Assembly (NCBI GenBank): GCA_963845145.1
Contig: CAWJQU010000008.1
Coordinates: forward strand, 384,001-448,000
Source: an uncultured delta proteobacterium
Lineage (GTDB): Bacteria > Desulfobacterota > Desulfobacteria > Desulfobacterales > QNYZ01
DNA: 64,000 bases
Reading direction: 5' to 3'
The notes beneath the pieces were generated by a model. It was given only the letters and a program-made list of their open reading frames with translations. It had not been told where the DNA came from and did not search any database. Shown piece after piece: positions 50,475 through 59,328 of this stretch (position 1 is the first letter of the stretch; every line of letters begins with the position of its first letter). Position numbers and translations under genes: made by a program.

Positions 50475-50930
50475 ATGATGCATTTTGGAAAAACGACCAT
50501 TCACGCCGTCGGGATACCGTCCAGGATTGTCCGCACTCGAATGGCGGGCTTGAGAAAGCATCCTGTTTGGCGGATCTGCTGGTGGATATTGTGGATTTTG
50601 ATCCTGTGGGACGTTTACCTGGCGCTGGACCGGGTAGAAGGCAATACCTGGAGTGAGGTGATGCGATCAGCGGGTGAGAACTACCCGATTCTCCCCTGGA
50701 TTCTGGGCGCCTTTCTAACCCACCTTTTTCATCCTAAAGACGACCTCCAGCCGATTATTGAAGCCGACGCGGCCAAAACCGTGATGGTGACATTGACGCT
50801 TTTTCTTTTTGCGCTCGGTTGGCTGGGACCGCCGTTGAACGGATGGCAGGTAACCTTAACCACCCTGCTTGGAATGACGGCAGCCTGTCTGCTATGGCCA
50901 AAGCACCGTCTGGCGGAGTGGCACTGGTAA
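50475..50930 (+). CDS. Hypothetical membrane protein
   Basis: About four hydrophobic segments; D..GNT and HLFHP motifs. Confidence 0.6.
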   Translation: MMHFGKTTIHAVGIPSRIVRTRMAGLRKHPVWRICWWILWILILWDVYLALDRVEGNTWSEVMRSAGENYPILPWILGAFLTHLFHPKDDLQPIIEADAAKTVMVTLTLFLFALGWLGPPLNGWQVTLTTLLGMTAACLLWPKHRLAEWHW

Positions 50931-51418
50931 TGGATGCCATCGCATTTTTATCACTAACGCCGGTCCAGGCCCAAACCGTTGGCTTTTATGTCATCGTTAT
51001 CATTGTGATGCTCGACTTGATCGCGTCGTCTGACCAAGTGCCCTTGAATACGCCCCGCGACTGGATACTCTGGCTCACCCAATGGAAAAGTTTAGGGTTG
51101 TGGAACCCCCGAGCTCGGGAGAAAGTGAAAAGGTTCGGTCGCACGTCGTCGCGCTTTAATCCCTTTAATTATCTGCCCGTAACCGGCGCTTTTATTCCTT
51201 TCATGTTCGCCGTTTTAATCGGACACTTTTTCCATCCCGGCCTCGACCCATTCATTGGCCCTGGCGAATTCGCAGGTATGGGGATAACCGTCGCAATAGG
51301 GGTTGTGGTGGCGGTGATGACATATTTTGATCGCCTGGGCCAAGGTCGGAACATCGTTTTTGCGATTTCGGCCTCCGGCCTTATCTGCGGGGCTCTGGTA
51401 TGGCCTGTATCAGGGTAA
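50930..51418 (+). CDS. Hypothetical membrane protein, likely paralog of the upstream gene
   Basis: TAATG stop/start overlap; D..LNT, HFFHP and LVWP motifs shared. Confidence 0.6.
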   Translation: MDAIAFLSLTPVQAQTVGFYVIVIIVMLDLIASSDQVPLNTPRDWILWLTQWKSLGLWNPRAREKVKRFGRTSSRFNPFNYLPVTGAFIPFMFAVLIGHFFHPGLDPFIGPGEFAGMGITVAIGVVVAVMTYFDRLGQGRNIVFAISASGLICGALVWPVSG

Positions 51419-51720
51419 GGGGGCATTGATCAATGCACGGTGTTCGATACCACAGACCCGCACTGCCTGCCGTTTAAAAGCGCTGCAAAAGAATTAGTCG
51501 CTTTAAAAACATGACTTGATCTATCTTTTTTTTGGATTTTCAGCTACAATTTGGTCAATATTCTTCAGTCAGAATATTTTCGGTCATTGACCCGATTGGC
51601 AATTCCGTTTACATCTATTCCGATCGTGAACCATCAGAGGAATTTAAACCATTTTTCAAGGGATTGACGGGTCATTATTCGCCATTAATTTTTATAACAA
51701 AATCAATTGGGAGAACCAAT

Positions 51721-52020
51721 ATGGATATGAAAGAGATATGCCCCTGCCCGAAAATAGCCTGCCCCAATCATGGCGATTGTGAAAAATGCACCAGCCGCCA
51801 TTTGCGCAAAGGGGTGTTGAATTTCTGTGGCTTTCATACCATTTTACCGACCCTCAGAGAGGCGATTGCCGAATCTCCCGAATCCCCAACCGCTAAAATG
51901 CTGAGTGCTTTGATCGAGAAGCAACTTCAGGGTTATGAAAACCTGATGAAAAAAAATGAACTGACCCTGGATAGCCAAAAAACGCTATTAAAGAAAATGA
52001 GTGAATACAGTGGGAGTTGA
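51721..52020 (+). CDS. Small Cys/His-rich protein
   Basis: GGAG RBS; CPCPKIACPNHGDCEKC...H...C. Confidence 0.6.
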   Translation: MDMKEICPCPKIACPNHGDCEKCTSRHLRKGVLNFCGFHTILPTLREAIAESPESPTAKMLSALIEKQLQGYENLMKKNELTLDSQKTLLKKMSEYSGS

Positions 52021-52065
52021 GTCCACAAAGATTTTTAACTCAATCAAGATTCAAGGAGGCGCGCA

Positions 52066-52782
52066 ATGGGAACACATTTTATCCTGATTCACGGGGCCTG
52101 GCACGGCGGATGGTGCTGGGAAGGTGTCATAAATGCGCTTGAAAAGATGGGGCATACGGCGGAAGCGCCCACCCTGCCCGGCCATCATAAAGAAGACGAT
52201 CGTGCCAATATCCAGTTTAGCGATTATGTCGAAAAAATCGTCGGTGTACTCAAGCAACAATCCACGCCGGTGGTCCTGGTCGGACATTCCAGCGCTGGAT
52301 TCCTGCTTCAGGCAGTGGCCCCATTGGCACCTGACAAGATTACCCGGCTCATTTTCCTAAATGCGTTTGTATTGCCTGACGGTAAATGCCAGTTTGACCT
52401 TGTTCCCCCGGAAGTATCTGAAGGGATGACAGCCGCAGCCAATGCTTCAGCGGATAACTGTGTGCCGGTTGATGAAGATTTTGTACGAAATATGCTGATG
52501 GCGGGAGAAACGCCGCAAAAGCAGGATGCGTTGATCGATCGGCTGGTACCGCAACCGATTGCCATTTTCACAACTCCGGTCGCAACACAACCGTTTGAAA
52601 AGCTGGCCCTATCCAAATCCGTCGTATTTTGTAAAGCGGACGCCTCGCTACCGCCAGGTGCCTATTTAGGCATGGCCCAGGGGCTCGGGGAATTTAATAT
52701 AGTAGAGGTTGAAGGTGGCCATGAAGCGCTATTTACCGACGCTGGCGTGGTCGCAGACGGTCTGGTGAGTGCGTTAAAATGA
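52066..52782 (+). CDS. Alpha/beta hydrolase (esterase-like)
   Basis: HGAWHGGWCW, LVGHSSAG, C-terminal GHE. Confidence 0.9.
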   Translation: MGTHFILIHGAWHGGWCWEGVINALEKMGHTAEAPTLPGHHKEDDRANIQFSDYVEKIVGVLKQQSTPVVLVGHSSAGFLLQAVAPLAPDKITRLIFLNAFVLPDGKCQFDLVPPEVSEGMTAAANASADNCVPVDEDFVRNMLMAGETPQKQDALIDRLVPQPIAIFTTPVATQPFEKLALSKSVVFCKADASLPPGAYLGMAQGLGEFNIVEVEGGHEALFTDAGVVADGLVSALK

Positions 52783-52897
52783 TTCAGGCCGGCTTTTTTT
52801 CCGGTCTTGCAGCGCTCCAAATTTTTTTCATTTTCACCCGAAGGTGCTTTCACCCAAAGGACGCCACGTAAAAGGTTAGAAGTCCTAAAACATCCCT

Positions 52898-53389
52898 ATG
52901 AATTTAAAAGACCAAGCCATTGCCATCCTCGGAATCATTTTGGATCCGAAAAGAACATTGGTATCCCTGCCTTCAAATCAGTTCTGCGTCATGTCTCTGA
53001 TCACGGCATTGTTGTTACTTCTTCCGCAATTATTTACATTAAAAACCGTTGAAAGCCTCCAGAGTTTTGTACGCATCGCAGCTCAATTCATGTGGTTTAT
53101 CATCTTTTTTTTCATTTTTGCCTATATCCTGACATTCGTGGCGAAACTTATCCACAGGCCGATCACCTTAAAAAAGGCAAAGAATATCATCGGCTATTCC
53201 CAGGCACCCAGGGTCCTGGTCATGATCGTCGTTACCATTGTGGCCTGGATGGTACCATCTGTTATGGAGCCAGGCATAATGAACACCATCCTCAACACCG
53301 TTGTTTATTTAGCGACCCTCTATTCTCTCGTTCTGATCGTTTTCGGCGTTAACTGGTCCTATTTTGAGATGACTTCAGAGAACGAATAA
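52898..53389 (+). CDS. Yip1-like membrane protein
   Basis: ILDPKRT, IGYSQAP, several TM segments. Confidence 0.6.
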   Translation: MNLKDQAIAILGIILDPKRTLVSLPSNQFCVMSLITALLLLLPQLFTLKTVESLQSFVRIAAQFMWFIIFFFIFAYILTFVAKLIHRPITLKKAKNIIGYSQAPRVLVMIVVTIVAWMVPSVMEPGIMNTILNTVVYLATLYSLVLIVFGVNWSYFEMTSENE

Positions 53390-53542
53390 CATTTTTCTAT
53401 ATCGCCTTTTCAATATCCCCCATTGGTTAATCAGGCCTTTTTCAAAACTGTTGACATAACCGAAAACAAGTTTAACCTTTTTAGAACATCGCTTAGAAAC
53501 AAATCTTGGCTTGAATACCCTTTAAATCAGTGAGAGGTATAA

Positions 53543-53986
53543 ATGAAAAAACTACTATTATCGATCGTACTCATATTCATCTCCAACACTGCTTTGGCAG
53601 ACGACTATGATATCATTTTAAACAAAGCGCTTGAATTGCTGGAGACGAACCGGATTGAAGAAGGGATAGACTTCATCTATTCAACCAACAAATGGATTGA
53701 TTCCTCTAACGATGCCGTCGTTAATTTAAAAAATCAACTGGCCAATATTACGCCGCTTGTGGGGAAATACAGATATAGAGAAAAATTGGCGGAAACCTGG
53801 ATGGGCACCCGGTACGTTCATATCGTTTATGCTTTCGGCTATGATCGGCAACCATTGCGGTTTCAATTTGAGTTGTATAATCCGACAGGCCAAAAGTGGT
53901 TTTTTAATAGCTTTTCATTTGACTCTAATCTGACCGATGGGCTGGAAAAATTTACCAATGACAACCTGTATAATATAAAGCCCTGA
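53543..53986 (+). CDS. Hypothetical secreted protein
   Basis: GAGG RBS; signal peptide ending ALA; TTGACA upstream at 53451. Confidence 0.7.
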   Translation: MKKLLLSIVLIFISNTALADDYDIILNKALELLETNRIEEGIDFIYSTNKWIDSSNDAVVNLKNQLANITPLVGKYRYREKLAETWMGTRYVHIVYAFGYDRQPLRFQFELYNPTGQKWFFNSFSFDSNLTDGLEKFTNDNLYNIKP

Positions 53987-54016
53987 CACCGGCATTATCA
54001 TGACACCAAATCCATT

Positions 54017-54046
54017 AAAAAAGGCCGGAAATCACTTCCGGCCTTT
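54017..54046 (-). terminator. Intrinsic terminator, likely bidirectional
   Basis: AAAGGCCGGAA-atcac-TTCCGGCCTTT with a 6-U run on the minus strand. Confidence 0.75.
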
Positions 54047-54074
54047 AATCTCTACTTGATGGTTATTTTTTAAA

Positions 54075-54221
54075 TCAACACTTAACAAATCGGCATTTTG
54101 TCATGTCCGGGCCATCACAACAGTATGACCCGACAACACACCCGCACCCATCAACAACGTGATAACAACAGGATGCTTTTGCCGATTTACTTCCTTTGGT
54201 GGCTTTGGCCTTATTTTTCAT
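54075..54221 (-). CDS. Uncalled 48-aa Cys-rich peptide
   Basis: GGAGGT RBS; MKNKAKATKGSKSAKASCCYHVVDGCGCVVGSYCCDGPDMTKCRFVKC; followed by a terminator. Confidence 0.7.
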   Translation of the reverse strand: MKNKAKATKGSKSAKASCCYHVVDGCGCVVGSYCCDGPDMTKCRFVKC

Positions 54222-54466
54222 GGTGACACCTCCGTTTAAAGGGTATCCCCTTTTTGTATGGATTTATTTTACTGGGTAATTGGGTTTGTGCTAACCCCAT
54301 CGACCCATGGCTAAGAATAATAACCCATGTTTCAGGTGTCAATGAGGGTTTCGATCATTTTTCCCGAACATTTGCTTTGCGCTTCATTTTAAGATACGAA
54401 TTTACCTAGAACAGACCCCAAGAACATCCAATCAAAGCGTTTGGCCACTAAAGCGAGGGAGATATC

Positions 54467-55561
54467 ATGAGCAATGTTTACGATATCGTAATAATCGGCG
54501 CAGGTCCTGGTGGGGTGACGGCCGGGGTTAAAGCGGCTGAAGCGGGCTTGACTTATGTCTTGCTCGAAAAGGGCGCCCAACCGTTTCAAGGGATCATCGA
54601 TACCTACCCCAAAGGTAAAAAAGTCTATCCCACCATACCTAAAGGGGCCGAGGGGCCGTTTCCGGTTGAGGGGCTCACGCCACCCATGGAAAAGATCCCG
54701 GTTGAGGAATATATCGAGCAGATCAAAGATTTCGTGGCATCGATGGGCCAGAATATTCAATACCAGACGCTGTTTCAGGGTATCGAGAAACAAAATGATC
54801 AATATACCATTAACACCGACAAAGGGCTTTATGTGGGTCGGAAGGTTATTTTTGCCTTTGGCAGCAATATTCCCAACGAACTTGGGATTTACGGTGAAGC
54901 CAAAACCGTAGCCCATCGGCTTGAAAATCCTGAAGATTACACCGGCATACCCACACTCGTCATCGGGGGTGGAAATGCCGCTGCCGATATCGTGGCCGCC
55001 CTCTCCCGCGTCAAACGTGAAGCCGGTGATCCCTCTTCTGTCTACTGGGGGCATATTCGGGAAAAATTCAAAGTGAGTAAAAATACCGCACGGGACCTGG
55101 GTGAAGAGATCCTGCTGGGAGGACAGATTAAAATTCTACAAGGAGCCGTCCCTAAGATCGGAGAAGTGGACGCTGAAGGAATCGATCGGCTCTATATCCA
55201 CCAAAAACCGGAAATTACCGGGCGGGATGATGTATTCATGTATCAGGGCATGAGTTTCCCCATGAAGAACGTCATCGCTTGTATCGGTACGCATGGGCCT
55301 GCCGAGATTTTCAACAAGGCCGACCTCCAACAAATAACCTGCACCGGAACAATATGCAAAATCGCCAAAGAGGGCGAAAGCCTTTTACTCCTGTCGGAAA
55401 CCCTGGAGACCAACCGAAAAGGGGTGTATGCCATAGGCGGCGCGATCAGCCCCGCTTACATGGAGATCCAGGCCGATGGGACCATTAAAGAACGTAAACA
55501 TTCCAACCTGATTTTTACAGCCATGCAGGATGCCGTGCGGGTGATTAATAGTTTGATCTGA
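54467..55561 (+). CDS. FAD/NAD(P)-dependent oxidoreductase (thioredoxin-reductase-like fold)
   Basis: IIGAGPGG, VIGGGNAA, GVYAIG; no classical CxxC. Confidence 0.8.
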   Translation: MSNVYDIVIIGAGPGGVTAGVKAAEAGLTYVLLEKGAQPFQGIIDTYPKGKKVYPTIPKGAEGPFPVEGLTPPMEKIPVEEYIEQIKDFVASMGQNIQYQTLFQGIEKQNDQYTINTDKGLYVGRKVIFAFGSNIPNELGIYGEAKTVAHRLENPEDYTGIPTLVIGGGNAAADIVAALSRVKREAGDPSSVYWGHIREKFKVSKNTARDLGEEILLGGQIKILQGAVPKIGEVDAEGIDRLYIHQKPEITGRDDVFMYQGMSFPMKNVIACIGTHGPAEIFNKADLQQITCTGTICKIAKEGESLLLLSETLETNRKGVYAIGGAISPAYMEIQADGTIKERKHSNLIFTAMQDAVRVINSLI

Positions 55562-55705
55562 ATGGATGAGACACGGTCAATAGCAAGATAATGAATAAAA
55601 ACTGCTTGACAAATAAAAACAGTAAGGATAGGAGCTAGGCACCTAACAAAAAAAGTTTCAGCTTTAAAAATACAGATTTATTAAAAAAATACAAAACAGA
55701 TACGA

Positions 55706-55792
55706 ATGATTCAATTATTTATCAGCCTCGGCCTTATTATTCTTATTCTCGTCGTAGGTATTATTCCCTGCGACGAGACAGGGGGCGGATAA
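55706..55792 (+). CDS. ilv operon leader peptide (28 aa, 14 Ile/Leu/Val)
   Basis: MIQLFISLGLIILILVVGIIPCDETGGG upstream of ilvB. Confidence 0.85.
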   Translation: MIQLFISLGLIILILVVGIIPCDETGGG

Positions 55793-55856
55793 TGGTCTGA
55801 TTGAATCACAACTTTAAAAAAACCGTTATCTGCCCCGCAGATAACGGTTTTTTTTT
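55747..55856 (+). promoter_or_regulatory. Transcription attenuator (pause hairpin, antiterminator, terminator)
   Basis: CTCGTCGTAGG/CCTGCGACGAG hairpin; GGGGCGGATAATGGT can pair with ACCGTTATCTGCCCC; terminator AACCGTTATCTGC-ccc-GCAGATAACGG plus T9. Confidence 0.85.
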
Positions 55857-55915
55857 GGTCAAGCCGATGATTTACCGCATCGGTAATCGTCACGGGTCCA
55901 AGGAGGGATTATAGA

Positions 55916-57601
55916 ATGAAACTGACCGGATCAAAGATTCTGATGAAAGTGCTTGAAGAAGAGAAAGTGGATACCATATTTGGGTTTCCCGGCGGAGTGG
56001 TGCTCGATATTTACGATGAATTGCTTCGAACGGAGATCAACCACTACCTGGTACGGCATGAACAGGGCGCAGTACATGCCGCCGACGGCTATGCCAGGGC
56101 CAGCGGGAAGGTGGGGGTCTGCCTTGTCACCTCCGGCCCCGGAGCAACCAATACAGTCACGGGAATCGCTACCGCCTATATGGATTCAATCCCTCTGGTT
56201 GTTTTCACCGGCCAGGTACCGACCCATTTGATCGGAAACGACGCATTCCAGGAAGTTGATATTGTGGGGATCTCGCGCCCTTGCACCAAGCATAACTATC
56301 TGGTTAAGCGAACGTCGGACCTGGCTCGAGTCATTCGCGAAGCATTTTACATTGCCCGTTCGGGCCGCCCCGGACCCGTACTCATAGACCTGCCCAAAGA
56401 TGTCATGAATGGTGAGGCCAACTACAAAGACGCCCAATCCCTGGAAATAAAATCGTACAAACCCCATTATGAGCCCAACAAAAGGCAATTAGATAAAATT
56501 ATCGGCCTGATAAAAAAAGCGAAACGTCCGGTAATCTTTGTCGGGGGCGGAATTATCCTGTCCAAAGCCGCGGAGGTGCTGACCCGCTTTGCCCGCAAAA
56601 CCGGAATTCCCGTCACCGCCTCGCTGATGGGTCTGGGGGCCTTCCCAGGGACCGATCCACTGTGGCTGGGTATGTTGGGGATGCACGGCACTTACCGGGC
56701 CAACATGTCCATCGGTAAGTGCGACCTTCTGATATCCATGGGCGTTCGCTTTGATGATCGGGTAACCGGAAAAGTGGACACTTTCGCACCCCACGCCAAG
56801 ATCATCCATATCGATATCGACCCTACCTCCATTCAGAAAAACATACCTGTCACCCTTCCCGTCGTGGGAGATTGCCGGCTGGCATTGGAGTATTTGAATC
56901 AGCTAATCGATAAAACCGGTTTGGACCAGCTGGTCGAATCCAGAAAGCCCTGGCTGACCCAGATTGAGGAGTGGAAGAGTACGCGACCTCTGGCTTATGA
57001 AACCAGTGAAGAGATCAAACCTCAATTTGTCATTGAGAAACTCTATGAACTCACTGAGGGCAAGGCCATCATCACCACTGAAGTGGGACAAAATCAGATG
57101 TGGGCGGCCCAATACTACCACTTTGACCACCCGGATCATTTCATCACCTCCGGCGGTTTAGGAACCATGGGTTTCGGCCTGCCGGCAGCTATCGGCGCAC
57201 AGGTCGCACAACCTGATAAAACCGTTGTCGACGTTGCCGGAGACGGTAGTATCCAGATGAACATTCAGGAGATGGCCACAGCCATGCAATACTGCCTGCC
57301 GGTAAAAGTGGTTATTTTAAATAACCAATACCTCGGTATGGTCCGACAATGGCAGGAGTTGTTTTATGAAAAACGGTACGCCTGTACTTGCCTGGAATGC
57401 GGGCCGGATTTTGTCAAACTCGCGGAAGCTTACGGGGCCGGCGGATTTCGCGCCACCAAGCCCGAGGAAGTCGAGGATGTGTTGAAAAAGGGACTCGCCC
57501 ATAACGGTACCGCGATCATGGAATTTATGGTGGCCAAGGAAGAAGGCGTCTACCCCATGGTGCCGGCGGGGGCGCCAATTACAGAAATGTTGCTGGCATA
57601 A
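55916..57601 (+). CDS. ilvB: Acetolactate synthase large subunit
   Basis: RHEQGA, TSGPGATN, GMHG, RFDDRV, GDGS...LNN. Confidence 0.96.
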   Translation: MKLTGSKILMKVLEEEKVDTIFGFPGGVVLDIYDELLRTEINHYLVRHEQGAVHAADGYARASGKVGVCLVTSGPGATNTVTGIATAYMDSIPLVVFTGQVPTHLIGNDAFQEVDIVGISRPCTKHNYLVKRTSDLARVIREAFYIARSGRPGPVLIDLPKDVMNGEANYKDAQSLEIKSYKPHYEPNKRQLDKIIGLIKKAKRPVIFVGGGIILSKAAEVLTRFARKTGIPVTASLMGLGAFPGTDPLWLGMLGMHGTYRANMSIGKCDLLISMGVRFDDRVTGKVDTFAPHAKIIHIDIDPTSIQKNIPVTLPVVGDCRLALEYLNQLIDKTGLDQLVESRKPWLTQIEEWKSTRPLAYETSEEIKPQFVIEKLYELTEGKAIITTEVGQNQMWAAQYYHFDHPDHFITSGGLGTMGFGLPAAIGAQVAQPDKTVVDVAGDGSIQMNIQEMATAMQYCLPVKVVILNNQYLGMVRQWQELFYEKRYACTCLECGPDFVKLAEAYGAGGFRATKPEEVEDVLKKGLAHNGTAIMEFMVAKEEGVYPMVPAGAPITEMLLA

Positions 57602-57609
57602 ATGAAAGG

Positions 57610-58107
57610 ATGGCTGACATGATAATGGAGAAACATGTGATCTCCATGCTGGTGGACAACGAACCCGGCGTGCTTTCCCGAGTGGCGGGCCTTTTCTCGG
57701 GACGCGGATACAATATCGAAAGCCTGTGCGTGGCCGAAACCATTGACCCGGAAGTATCGCGCATTACCCTGGTTACCCGGGCGGATGCTGTTATCCTCGA
57801 GCAAATTGAAAAACAACTGAACAAACTGATCAACGTTATTAAACTAAGAGAACTTTCCGGCCCGGAATCGGTTCAGCGGGAAATGGCCCTGATTTGTGTA
57901 CGGGCCACCGCCAACTATCGCGCCGAAATTCTGCGAATCGTGGATATTTTCAGGTGCAAGGTAGTGGACGTGGGGCAGGAACACTATATTATCGAAGTGA
58001 CCGGCGACGAAGGTAAACTTCAAGCGCTAATCAATCTTCTGAAGCCGATGGGAATAAAGAAAATTGCCCGAACCGGGGTGATTGCCTTAAAACGAGAACC
58101 GGTCTGA
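57610..58107 (+). CDS. ilvN: Acetolactate synthase small subunit
   Basis: NEPGVLSRVAGLFSGRGYNIESL, ARTG. Confidence 0.95.
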   Translation: MADMIMEKHVISMLVDNEPGVLSRVAGLFSGRGYNIESLCVAETIDPEVSRITLVTRADAVILEQIEKQLNKLINVIKLRELSGPESVQREMALICVRATANYRAEILRIVDIFRCKVVDVGQEHYIIEVTGDEGKLQALINLLKPMGIKKIARTGVIALKREPV

Positions 58108-58167
58108 TAATTGGACGAAAGAATTGTACCATCCAATCTAAATTATTACTAACGAAGAGGAGGAACC

Positions 58168-59220
58168 ATGGCGAAAATCGATTTTGGCGGTGTCGTTGAA
58201 GATGTAACAACTCGGCAAGAATTTTCTTTGGACAAAGCAAGGGAAGTACTAAAAAATGAAACCGTGGCCGTACTCGGGTACGGCGTACAAGGTCCGGGGC
58301 AAGCGCTGAACATGCGCGATAACGGTATCAATGTTATTGTCGGCCAGCGTGAAGGCGGCGCTTCCTGGGATAAAGCCGTGGCTGACGGATTTGTGCCCGG
58401 AAAAACACTTTTTCCCATCGAAGAGGCCGCTAAAAAGGGAACAATCATTCAGTTTCTGTTGTCGGACGCCGGGCAGGTGACCACCTGGCCGATGGTAAAA
58501 TCATGCTTGAACGATGGGGATGCGCTCTACTTTTCCCATGGATTTTCGGTCGTGTACAAAGAAAAAACCAATATCATACCTCCGGAAAACGTGGACGTCA
58601 TCCTTGTGGCCCCCAAGGGATCCGGCCGAACAGTCCGAACCAACTTTTTAGACGGTAGCGGTATCAACTCCAGTTATGCCATACACCAGGATGCCACCGG
58701 AAAGGCTAAAGAGAGAACCCTGGCCCTGGGCATCGCCGTGGGTTCTGGCTACCTTTTCCCAACGACGTTTCAGAATGAGGTTTTCAGTGACCTTACCGGT
58801 GAACGTGGGATTCTGATCGGTGCTCTGGCCGGGGTCATGGAGGCTCAATATAACTTATTGCGCGAACATGGACACAGTCCCAGTGAAGCGTTCAATGAAA
58901 CCGTGGAAGAACTCACCCAAAGCTTAATTCGGCTGGTGGGAGAAAACGGAATGGACTGGATGATGGCCAACTGCAGCACCACGGCCCAGCGGGGTGCCCT
59001 GGACTGGGCGCCGAAATTCAGAGACGCCGTCAAGCCGGTTTTCGACGATTTGTATCATAAAGTAACCTCCGGAGCTGAGACCCAACGGGTGCTGGATAAA
59101 AACAGTGCCTCCGACTATCGGGAACAATTACAAAAAGAGTTGGAAGTCATCCACAATTCGGAAATGTGGCGGGCCGGCGAGGCGGTTCGATCCCTTCGCC
59201 CGGAAAACCAGGAGATCTAA
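58168..59220 (+). CDS. ilvC: Ketol-acid reductoisomerase
   Basis: GYGVQG, FSHGF, APKG, SDLTGER, CSTTA. Confidence 0.95.
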   Translation: MAKIDFGGVVEDVTTRQEFSLDKAREVLKNETVAVLGYGVQGPGQALNMRDNGINVIVGQREGGASWDKAVADGFVPGKTLFPIEEAAKKGTIIQFLLSDAGQVTTWPMVKSCLNDGDALYFSHGFSVVYKEKTNIIPPENVDVILVAPKGSGRTVRTNFLDGSGINSSYAIHQDATGKAKERTLALGIAVGSGYLFPTTFQNEVFSDLTGERGILIGALAGVMEAQYNLLREHGHSPSEAFNETVEELTQSLIRLVGENGMDWMMANCSTTAQRGALDWAPKFRDAVKPVFDDLYHKVTSGAETQRVLDKNSASDYREQLQKELEVIHNSEMWRAGEAVRSLRPENQEI

Positions 59221-59328
59221 GCCCAGAGCTTTAAACCGGGAACTTTAAAAAGGTTACGCGGCGGAAGATCTATGGGTTTCACAACCGGGAATCTTCAACG
59301 CCGCGAGCCGTTGGGTTAATCTAAAAAG

